A stretch of 64,000 bases of DNA, from positions 27,618 to 91,617 of IMG/VR virus record IMGVR_UViG_3300030708_003106; one strand, 5' to 3'. The stretch comes from a virus. Taxonomy: Duplodnaviria > Caudoviricetes. The stretch's first letter is position 1. Each line of letters opens with the position of its first letter. This document shows positions 28,382 through 37,000 of this stretch, piece by piece. Under the pieces are notes generated by a model, which was not told where the DNA came from, did not search any database, and saw only the letters and a program-made list of their open reading frames with translations. Both the position numbers and the translations under genes were made by a program.

Positions 28382-28410
28382 AGTCTATCACGAACGCGCA
28401 GAAATGTCAA
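28382..28410 (-). promoter_or_regulatory. Minus-strand sigma70-type promoter
   Basis: Reverse complement reads TTGACA-N17-(TGa)TAGACT. Confidence 0.65.
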
Positions 28411-28485
28411 CCGGGCGGAGATAAGTTTTACCAGGGATTGACAACACAAAACTATCAGACTTGCTAATAAATACTGAGAGGATTA

Positions 28486-28514
28486 TTGACAGTTCCTCTC
28501 TGTTATTCTATACT
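28486..28514 (+). promoter_or_regulatory. Sigma70-type promoter with -35 inside an inverted repeat
   Basis: TTGACA-N17-TATACT; GAGAGGA/TCCTCTC flank the -35. Confidence 0.8.
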
Positions 28515-28543
28515 AGTAAAGTATCACTCAGGGAGTCTCACAA

Positions 28544-28717
28544 ATGCCGACAGTCTATCACCAGTCTCAAAAGAGTAAGTATCGCATCACTCTGGAAATT
28601 GAAGCATTAGCAGACTTCGACCCTCATCAGATTAACTGGGAGAAGTTGTTCAAATTGGAAGGCAATGAGTCTTGTGATGCGTATATCGAAGACCTGTCAA
28701 ATCCTGGTCGTTGGTGA
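28544..28717 (+). CDS. Hypothetical protein (57 aa)
   Basis: Hand-translated MPTVYHQSQKSKYRITLEIE...; GGGAG RBS. Confidence 0.65.
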   Translation: MPTVYHQSQKSKYRITLEIEALADFDPHQINWEKLFKLEGNESCDAYIEDLSNPGRW

Positions 28718-28742
28718 TAGATTGTCAGTGGTGGGTGATAGT

Positions 28743-28773
28743 AACTGAAGCCTGTAAAGTGTCTCAGTAGTAT
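28743..28773 (+). repeat. 31-bp island repeat, copy 13
   Basis: aaCTGAAGCCtgtAAAgtGTctcagtagtAT(G). Confidence 0.95.
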
Positions 28774-29026
28774 GAACATCACTTCGACAGACATGACCGC
28801 TCAAACTTACAACGGTTGGGCAAATTATGAGACCTGGAATGTTGCTCTGTGGTTGGGAAATGATGAGACTATGTATAACTTTGCCCGTATGTTTGCAGAG
28901 CATGGTTATAAGTCTCTGTCGCACCAGTTAGTAGAAACTTTCGGTGCAGTTACTCCTGATGGTGTGTATTGGAAGCACGCTGATCTGAATATCAATGAAC
29001 TGAATGAAATGTTGGAAGAACTCTGA
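28772..29026 (+). CDS. Conserved phage hypothetical protein
   Basis: TYNGWANYETWNVALW...TPDGV motif. Confidence 0.75.
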   Translation: MNITSTDMTAQTYNGWANYETWNVALWLGNDETMYNFARMFAEHGYKSLSHQLVETFGAVTPDGVYWKHADLNINELNEMLEEL

Positions 29027-29044
29027 TACTTAAGAACACGGGGG

Positions 29045-29073
29045 TTGACATCAGTTAGTCCCCGTATTATAAT
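29045..29073 (+). promoter_or_regulatory. Perfect-consensus sigma70 promoter
   Basis: TTGACA-N17-TATAAT; ACGGGG/CCCCGT inverted repeat around the -35. Confidence 0.9.
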
Positions 29074-29274
29074 CAGAGAGTATCAGTGAAACGGCAGTGT
29101 TTTGGGGGCGTTGTTGATGCGTTGCGGCGGGCGTTGCGTATATAAAAACGCCTAACTACCCTAACCTACAGAGGTGACAATTCGCGAGAGATATATTTAA
29201 ATATAAAAAAATTTCCGGAGTAAAAATCGCCTTCTGTAGGGTTGATAGATAAAAAAAATCCGGAGTAAAAAATA

Positions 29275-29463
29275 ATGCAATCAAAGGTTTATCACATTTA
29301 CGCAAAGCAAGAGTGTTTATATAATTGTTTGACGGAAGAACAATTTAATAAGGTATGGAAAACCCTCAAAGGTATGGTTGGTCTGATGAAGACTGATTAC
29401 ACCATTGAGGATTTGTCATATGAGGAGTTAACCGTACAGAAAGGAGAGGAAGCAAGTTATTGA
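29275..29463 (+). CDS. Hypothetical protein
   Basis: 62 aa, GGAG upstream. Confidence 0.65.
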   Translation: MQSKVYHIYAKQECLYNCLTEEQFNKVWKTLKGMVGLMKTDYTIEDLSYEELTVQKGEEASY

Positions 29464-29488
29464 CAATGTATAGATAGACTGTTAAAAT
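29460..29488 (+). promoter_or_regulatory. Sigma70-type promoter
   Basis: TTGACA-N17-TAAAAT. Confidence 0.75.
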
Positions 29489-29511
29489 TGAACTGAAGTC
29501 AATTCAAAGTT

Positions 29512-30282
29512 ATGGCAAAAGGATTTACTGTAAAGGCAAAACCGCCTGCGAAGAAAGAAGAAGCAGAGTGGGACATTGCCGCGATTAAGGAACGTATGCG
29601 AGGAAAGACAATTGTATTTTGTCTGCCTGGTCGTGGATGTTCATATACTTTTCTAAAGAATTTCGTACAACTGTGCTTTGATATGGTACAGAATGGTATG
29701 AGTATTCAGATCAGTCAAGATTACTCTTCTATGGTTAATTTTGCCCGTTGTAAGTGTTTGGGTGCGAATGTACTTCGTGGACCAAAGCAAATTCCTTGGG
29801 ATGGTAAACTGGAATATGATTATCAGTTGTGGATTGATAATGACATTGTATTCAACTCAGAAAAATTCTGGCAATTGTGTGATCTTGCAATCTCTGAAGA
29901 CGGCACAGAACGTGAAGTAGCTGCTGGGTGGTATTCCACAGAAGATGGTCACACAACCTCAGTAGCACACTGGTTGGAAGAAGATGACTTCCGTAAGAAT
30001 GGTGGAGTGATGAATCATGAAACTATGGATACAATCACCAAGCGTAAGAAACCATTTACTGTTGATTACACTGGATTTGGTTGGGTACTGATCAAGAAGG
30101 GTGTCTTTGAGAACTTGGAGTATCCATGGTTTGCTCCTAAGATGCAAGTCTTTGAATCTGGTCAAGTTCAAGATATGTGTGGTGAAGACGTATCATTCTG
30201 TCTTGATGCAAAGGAAGCAGGTTTTGAAATTTGGTGCGATCCTCGGATTCGCGTTGGTCACGAAAAAACTCGGGTTATTTGA
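29512..30282 (+). CDS. GT-A fold glycosyltransferase-like protein
   Basis: LWIDNDIVF (DxD), TGFGWVLI, GEDVSFC, VGH. Confidence 0.75.
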   Translation: MAKGFTVKAKPPAKKEEAEWDIAAIKERMRGKTIVFCLPGRGCSYTFLKNFVQLCFDMVQNGMSIQISQDYSSMVNFARCKCLGANVLRGPKQIPWDGKLEYDYQLWIDNDIVFNSEKFWQLCDLAISEDGTEREVAAGWYSTEDGHTTSVAHWLEEDDFRKNGGVMNHETMDTITKRKKPFTVDYTGFGWVLIKKGVFENLEYPWFAPKMQVFESGQVQDMCGEDVSFCLDAKEAGFEIWCDPRIRVGHEKTRVI

Positions 30283-30297
30283 TAGGAGATTATTACA

Positions 30298-30438
30298 ATG
30301 GCAAAAAGCATGATGAAAGGTGGGAGTTATGTCCCCGGAAAACCGAAAAAAACTCGTCAAGGGTCATCACAACATACCCTGCTTTCCGCGACTTCTCGTA
30401 ATAAAGCAAAGAAGAAATATCGTGGACAAGGTAGGTAA
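30298..30438 (+). CDS. Small basic protein (46 aa)
   Basis: Hand-translated MAKSMMKGG...KKTRQG...KKYRGQGR; AGGAG RBS. Confidence 0.7.
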   Translation: MAKSMMKGGSYVPGKPKKTRQGSSQHTLLSATSRNKAKKKYRGQGR

Positions 30439-30461
30439 ATAAGTAAAGTTACATTAATTTA

Positions 30462-31130
30462 ATGGCGGCACTTATTTGTAATCTTCCTTCAGTAGAAGTA
30501 TGGGTTAGAAAAGAATATCTAACAGATCATCAAAGTGGTCATGGAGAATTCGTAAAAGGCGTCTGGGTTTCGGCAAAGTCGATTCCTGGGCGCACTTTTT
30601 ATTTTGAGACGTATTTACCTGAATATGCAGCGATGTATGATAAACTACCTATCAGCGCGTTTCTCTCGTCTCCGACGCTTCCAGACCCCGATATGGACCT
30701 TCCTAACCTACAGTTCTGGAACTGTATGGATTATGGTGTAGTTTCAGTTACGAAGCAATTTATTGGTAGTATGGATTATGAACTATATACAAGAGACTTT
30801 GGAATTCAGAAAGGAACTTATATCTGTACTTTAGATAATTACCATCAAGATCCAGATGTAATTGACTATGCAACAAGCGAAAATCCTGCTGAGCACAAAT
30901 CACATAATCTGATTGAATTAGATAATGGACAATACGCACTCTATCCTAATAACAGAATGCGTATTTTTGATAATAGTTTGACTCCTGTTGATCCAAAGAT
31001 GCCCGACTTTAAGGTTTCAACACAATATTATCAAGTTGAGAATGGATTTGAGCGTCTTGGAATGGGTAGAGAGGACGAATACTTCTGGAAAACTGCAAAA
31101 GAAAGAGAAATTGCTGAAGAAGATTCTTAA
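30462..31130 (+). CDS. Conserved phage hypothetical protein
   Basis: 222 aa; EHKSH...LDNGQYALYPNNR; GTAAATA upstream. Confidence 0.75.
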   Translation: MAALICNLPSVEVWVRKEYLTDHQSGHGEFVKGVWVSAKSIPGRTFYFETYLPEYAAMYDKLPISAFLSSPTLPDPDMDLPNLQFWNCMDYGVVSVTKQFIGSMDYELYTRDFGIQKGTYICTLDNYHQDPDVIDYATSENPAEHKSHNLIELDNGQYALYPNNRMRIFDNSLTPVDPKMPDFKVSTQYYQVENGFERLGMGREDEYFWKTAKEREIAEEDS

Positions 31131-31183
31131 TTAAGGGATAGCAACCCCTTAAAAAGTTCTGATTTACCAATCAGGAGAACCAA

Positions 31184-31468
31184 ATGGGCAATTCACCAGT
31201 GGACAGAGATGTAAATTACATGAAAGAAACCTGGGGAACAGTCGAATTAATTACGGACTATCATTCTATGACACCAAACAATGACTTTTTAGACAACTTA
31301 GGTAATCATCAACATCAAAAGATGCTTCGTGAAATTTCAAATGATGATTTAACACCTAAAAAACATGATTTTAAAGTGCAAAATGAATTGCATGAAAAGA
31401 TTCGTAATGATGATGATTATGATGATTGGGAATATGGAACTGAACCAATTCCGCTCAATGAATTTTGA
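31184..31468 (+). CDS. Acidic hypothetical protein
   Basis: 94 aa, AGGAG RBS. Confidence 0.6.
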   Translation: MGNSPVDRDVNYMKETWGTVELITDYHSMTPNNDFLDNLGNHQHQKMLREISNDDLTPKKHDFKVQNELHEKIRNDDDYDDWEYGTEPIPLNEF

Positions 31469-31480
31469 TCCAAATCCTTG

Positions 31481-31487
31481 ATAAATA
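31481..31487 (+). promoter_or_regulatory. T4-type late promoter (ATAAATA)
   Basis: Upstream of gp25. Confidence 0.7.
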
Positions 31488-31508
31488 AGTATAAATTGCT
31501 GTATTTTA

Positions 31509-31910
31509 GTGCCTCTAGAAAGAGTAAGTCAGGGTTTTAAAGATATTAGTATGACTTTTCAGAGAAATCCTCTGAATGGAGATCTGCTTGCTCTTAAGAA
31601 TGAGTCTGCAATAGCGCGTTCAATTCGTAATATTGTTTTTACAGTACCCGGAGAGAAGTTTTTTGATCAGACCTTTGGGTCTAGAATCACTGCTTCTCTC
31701 TTTGAAAATATAGATGATATATCTGCTATTAGCGTTGCGGATGAAATACGTGAATCGATCACTCGTAATGAACCAAGAGTGAATTTAATATCAGTGAATG
31801 CCTATCCAAACCCAGATCAGAATTCATTTGATGCTGTTATTTTATATGACATCATTGGAGCGGACGTTCCACCACAAGAATTACAATTTGTTTTGCAACC
31901 AACTAGGTAA
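31509..31910 (+). CDS. gp25: Baseplate wedge subunit gp25
   Basis: AIARSIRNIVFTVPGEKFF...FGS...EPRV; synteny with gp6. Confidence 0.92.
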   Translation: MPLERVSQGFKDISMTFQRNPLNGDLLALKNESAIARSIRNIVFTVPGEKFFDQTFGSRITASLFENIDDISAISVADEIRESITRNEPRVNLISVNAYPNPDQNSFDAVILYDIIGADVPPQELQFVLQPTR

Positions 31911-31912
31911 AA

Positions 31913-34015
31913 ATGACACTAGTCAACTTTTCTAACTTAGATTTTGACCAAGTAAAACAATCCTTGGTCGAGTATCTTAAGTCAAACTCTAATTTTACAG
32001 ATTATGACTTTGAAGGATCCAATCTTTCAACGATTTTAGATGTACTTGCGTATAATACGTACATCACTTCATATAATGCAAACATGGTTGCAAATGAAGT
32101 ATTCATTGATAGTGCGACATTAAGAGAAAATGTCGTATCTTTAGCAAAAAATATCGGATATTTACCTCGTTCTAGAAAGGCAGCAACTGCGGTTATAAGT
32201 TTCTTCGTTGATACTACTTCAATTACACCAACTCCAGCAAGTATTACCCTTAAAAAAGGTCCTGTAGTGACTTCTACTTCTGGATTTGGTAATCAATCAC
32301 GTATTTTTTCGATATTAGATGATATTACAGTTCCAGTTTTCAATGGAATTGCTACATTTAATGATATTAGAGTTTATGAGGGATCTCTTTTAACATCCAA
32401 TTTTACATATTCTACTAGAACTCCCAATCAAAAGTTCATTTTACCAAATAGTGGTGTTGATACTGACTTAATTTCGGTCACTTTAAAGAACAATCAACAG
32501 TCAACATCTCAAACTAAGTATAGTTTGCAGCATAAACTGTTAGATGTGAAAGCAGATTCGAAAGTTTACTACCTACAAGAGATCGAAGGCGAAAGATATG
32601 AACTATTTTTTGGTGATGGCATCTTTGGTGAGAAGTTAAAAGAAGGAAATTTCATAACTGCCAATTATATCGTATCTAATGGTGATGCAGCTAATGGAAT
32701 AAATCAGTTTAATTTCTCTGGAAATGTTTCATATACAAGAAATGGAGAAAATTACATTGTAACCTCGGGCATTTCCCTTGTAACAACGATCTCTCCTGCT
32801 ACTGGTGGAGAAAATATTGAATCTGTAGAGTCGATTAGGAAGTATGCACCTAAAGTTTATGCAACTCAAAACAGAGCGGTCACATCTAATGACTATGAAA
32901 CTCTAATTCCTTCTCAAATCTACCCTCAAACGGAATCAATATCAGTTTTTGGTGGAGAGGAGTTGGTTCCGCCTCAATATGGAAAGGTTTTTATTAGTAT
33001 AAAACCAAGAACTGGAGATTTTCTCTCAAATTTGTCGAAGCAAGACATAAAAAATAAGTTAAGAAAGTACGCTGTTGCTGGAATTGTCCCAGAAATTCTA
33101 GATTTGAAGTATTTGTTTATTGAAATTGATTCAAAAGTTTATTTTAACTCAAATTTAGCACCATCTTCAGCATATGTTTCCGATTTAGTTCAAACTAATG
33201 GAAATAAGTATTCAGAATCAACAGAATTAAACAGATATGGTGCAAGATTTAAGTATAGTAAGTTTTTAAAAGTTCTTGATGACAGTCATGAATCAATTAC
33301 ATCGAATATTACGACTGTAAGTATGAGGAGAGACTTAAGAGCAGTCTTAAATTCATTTGCTGAGTACTCAATTGGTTTTGGTAATGAATTTTATGTTAAA
33401 TTCCAAGATGGATACAACATAAAATCATCTGCTTTTAAGATTGCAGGAATTCAAGATGATATTTACTTCTCTGACATCCCAAATCCTGGCGGATCGACAG
33501 GATCTTTATTCTTTTTCACTCTACCATCTGAAAATTCTCAAAGTCCCACTATCGTAAGAAGAAATGTAGGTGTAGTTGATTATGTTAGAGGAATTATTAC
33601 TTTAAATCCAGTTAATATTTTGGGTGGAAAAGTAAAAGATGGACAAACTATTATTGAAATATCAGTTTCTCCAAAATCTAATGATGTTGTCGGATTACAG
33701 GACTTGTATTTGCAGCTAGATATTAGTAACAGTAATTTTGAAACTATTGTGGATGAAATTTCATCTGGATTAGATCCTTCGGCATCAAATTATGTTGTCT
33801 CTTCTAGTTATCCAAACGGAAATTTGGTACGCTCTGGAGGACGTTCTAGTGTAATAACCACCGCTGCCCCTTCTACTACCGCACCAACAACAAATCAAGC
33901 AGTTTCTAGCACTGTTTCCACTTCAGGTGGTTCAGGTTCATCTTATTCTACTCCAGTTTCCACTTCAGGTGGTTCAGGTTCTTCGAGTTCAGGTTCTTCG
34001 GGTTCATCTTACTAA
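31913..34015 (+). CDS. gp6: Baseplate wedge subunit gp6
   Basis: LDFDQVK, FTDYDFEGS, LAYNTY, QNRAVT..DY, YGKVFISIKP. Confidence 0.93.
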   Translation: MTLVNFSNLDFDQVKQSLVEYLKSNSNFTDYDFEGSNLSTILDVLAYNTYITSYNANMVANEVFIDSATLRENVVSLAKNIGYLPRSRKAATAVISFFVDTTSITPTPASITLKKGPVVTSTSGFGNQSRIFSILDDITVPVFNGIATFNDIRVYEGSLLTSNFTYSTRTPNQKFILPNSGVDTDLISVTLKNNQQSTSQTKYSLQHKLLDVKADSKVYYLQEIEGERYELFFGDGIFGEKLKEGNFITANYIVSNGDAANGINQFNFSGNVSYTRNGENYIVTSGISLVTTISPATGGENIESVESIRKYAPKVYATQNRAVTSNDYETLIPSQIYPQTESISVFGGEELVPPQYGKVFISIKPRTGDFLSNLSKQDIKNKLRKYAVAGIVPEILDLKYLFIEIDSKVYFNSNLAPSSAYVSDLVQTNGNKYSESTELNRYGARFKYSKFLKVLDDSHESITSNITTVSMRRDLRAVLNSFAEYSIGFGNEFYVKFQDGYNIKSSAFKIAGIQDDIYFSDIPNPGGSTGSLFFFTLPSENSQSPTIVRRNVGVVDYVRGIITLNPVNILGGKVKDGQTIIEISVSPKSNDVVGLQDLYLQLDISNSNFETIVDEISSGLDPSASNYVVSSSYPNGNLVRSGGRSSVITTAAPSTTAPTTNQAVSSTVSTSGGSGSSYSTPVSTSGGSGSSSSGSSGSSY
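33914..33981 (+). repeat. 26-bp exact direct repeat in the Ser/Gly tail of gp6
   Basis: GTTTCCACTTCAGGTGGTTCAGGTTC at 33914 and 33956. Confidence 0.9.
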
Positions 34016-34032
34016 GTCTGTAAAATATTAAA

Positions 34033-37000
34033 ATGTCAGAAAAAAGAGTACAACTTAACAATATTGTTAAAAGTCAACTTCCCAATTATGTTAGGGATGA
34101 GTTTCCTCTAATTGAGGAATTTTTAGAGCAATACTACATTGCTCAAGAATTTCAAGGTGCTCCTGTCGATTTAATTCAAAATATCGACAAGTATATAAAA
34201 ATTGATGAGACAACAAATTTAACAGAATCTGCTTTTATTGGTGTAGGAATTGATGAATTTGATGAAACAATAACTGTAAGTGGTTCTCTTTCTCCCCAAG
34301 GCACAAGAGGATTTCCTGATTCATATGGTCTTTTGCAGATTGGTGATGAAATTATTACATATACGGGAAAAACTGACTTTTCATTTACAGGTTGTATAAG
34401 AGGTTTTAGTGGAGTAACTTCATTAAAAGATGATTTTAATACTGATCAATTAGTATTCAAAACTTCAGAATCCTCTAGTCATGAATCTGGTTCAGAAGTA
34501 AAAAATCTGAGCGTTTTATTTTTAAAAGAATTTTTACAAAAGACAAAACGTCAAATACTTCCTGGCATCGAAAATAAATCTTTTAATGAAGATTTGAATG
34601 AAAAATTATTCCTAAAGAATGCTAGAGATTTTTACCTCGCTAAGGGTACAGATAGAGGTTTTGAAATTTTATTCAAAGCTTTGTATAATGAAGACGTAAA
34701 AATCGTTAAACCATCTGAACTTTTAAGTACTCCATCCAACGCACAATGGAGAGTAACTAATGATTTGGTAGTCGAACCCATTTTTGGAGATCCAGAAAAA
34801 CTCCAAGGATCAACTCTTTTTCAAGATCCATATGGCAGCAAAATCAATAAAGCATATGGACCAATTACTTTTGTTGAAAAGATAAATGTTGGAGCTGGAC
34901 AAACATATTACAAACTCGTATTTGATGCAGGATATAATAGAGACATTAGAGTTTCTGGATCGATTTATGGAGATTTCCAGGTACAACCAAAAAGTAAAGT
35001 CATAGGTAAAGTATCAGCTGGTTCGTCTGCAATTATAGTAGATTCTACTGTCGGTTTTGAATCTGATGGAGAATTATATCTGAACTATGAAGATAATACT
35101 GTTGGAATTATTTCATACAGATCAAAAACGCTTAATCAATTTTTAGATTGTACAAATATAAATTCTGATATTCCAGATTCTACACCTATTGGTATTAATA
35201 CTTTTGCGTATGGAACTGCTTCTTTTGATGACAACGAACTTATTGAAGTTAGAATTAATTCTGTTCTTTCTGATCTAGAAGTAACTGAAAATGCATATCT
35301 CCAAGGAAGAGGAGATACTGCGAAGATAAAAACATTTGGTGTAGATGATGATTCATTTAAGGCAAAGAATTGGTTATATAATGTTTCTCCATCGTATAAA
35401 GTAAATACTTTTAATTTACTCGATTCTTCGGATAATACTTATAATCTCAATTTAAATGTAAATCATTACTTCTACTTGGGTGATGGAATTGAACTAATCT
35501 ATAGTAATGGACAAAAGAAAACTGCAACTGTAATTGGAATCCCATCTGGTAAATCAATTACAGTTCGTGGGCAAGGACAACTTTCAGAAAATCTTACTTA
35601 TACCGTCAAAAAGAGTATACGTAGAGTAACTTCAAATAGTTTTGTAAATGCTTCGATTTACACAGCTAATATTCAAAACTTATACAGAAGTAAGAAGAAT
35701 AAAGATAATTACTTAGTTGCATCTGGATCTTTACCAAACTACAATTCTCAACCAATTGTAACTACTAATAGGTCTATCACTTTTTCAGGAACATTTATTG
35801 GAGATGAACTCACCATCTCACCATTAGATCATGGATTCTATACAGGAGATGCTGTATATTATACTTCAAATGGAAATTCATCCTTATTTGATGATGGTCT
35901 TTACTTTGTAGAAAGAGTTAATAGAAATACAGTTAAATTTGCATTAAGTAGATCTAATCTTTATAATTCAAAATATATTACTTTTGAAAATTCTGTCACG
36001 ATTTTAAATAATACGATTACTCCATTTGATTTAAAGAATAAAACTTTAACATCTCAAAAGATTCTTAGAGAAATTAATCCACCAAATGAAACTACATTAC
36101 CCTCTACAACTAATCCAGGATTCACTGGAATATTTGTTAATGGTGTAGAATTATTAAATTATAAATCGGGAGATTCAATTAATTATGGAAAAATCGAAAA
36201 GATTAATATAACTTCTCCTGGATATAATTATGATGTTGTCAATCCTCCTACTCTAATAGTATCGGATCAGGTTGGAACTGGAGCTACAGGATATGCTGCA
36301 TTTTCTGGGGTTCTTAAGGAAATTAGAGTCATTGATCCTGGATTTGATTATATAAGTGCTCCTACTGTTAAAATCACTGGGGGAAATGGAAAAGGTGCTA
36401 AGGCATCTCCTACGATGAGACAGACAGTACATTCTGTTCCATTTAGTTCAACATTAAATGTCACAACTGGTGCTACAAATTCAACGATAGGATTTAGTAC
36501 ATATCACAAATTCAGAGTGGGTGAACCAGTAATTTATAGAACAGGATCTCAAAAGGCAATCAGTGGCATATCAACAGGATCTATTTACTATACCTCTATT
36601 GTTAATTCAAACACCGTAAAATTACACGAAACAAGAGGAGATGCACTTGCTGGAATTAACACTGTAACTTTAAGTGCTGTTGGAGAAGGAAATCATAATT
36701 TAGAATCTGTAAATAGAAAATTATTAGTAGATTCTATTAGTGTAATAGATTCTGGATCTGGATATGAGAATAAAAAAAGAACAGTTCTTCCTGTTGGAAT
36801 TAATACTGCTACAAATGTAATAACAATAAAAGACCACGATTATGAGTCAGGAGAAATTGTAAAGTATACTTCTGAAGGAACAGAAATTTCTGGATTGAAT
36901 TCGGGATCTGAATATTATGTAACTAAAGTAGATAATAATAGTTTTAAATTATCTAATATTAATGTCGGAGTTTCAACTGTAAAAGAACTCTTTTACAAAG

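Noticed and set aside
28264-28467. 67-aa + strand ORF
   Set aside because: TTG start with no RBS, directly after a terminator; the region is better explained by divergent promoters.
13653-28750. CTGAAG as an Eco57I-type site recognised by the neighbouring R-M pair
   Set aside because: CTGAAG also occurs often in ordinary coding sequence, and nothing links this MTase to that specificity.
13651-28773. 31-bp repeats as a CRISPR array
   Set aside because: Intervals are 0.4-3.3 kb and contain genes, repeats are degenerate, and no cas genes are present.
29491-29511. AACTGAAGTCAATTCAAAGTT as a 14th repeat copy
   Set aside because: Lacks GCC, has altered spacing and no TAGTRT; at best a relic.
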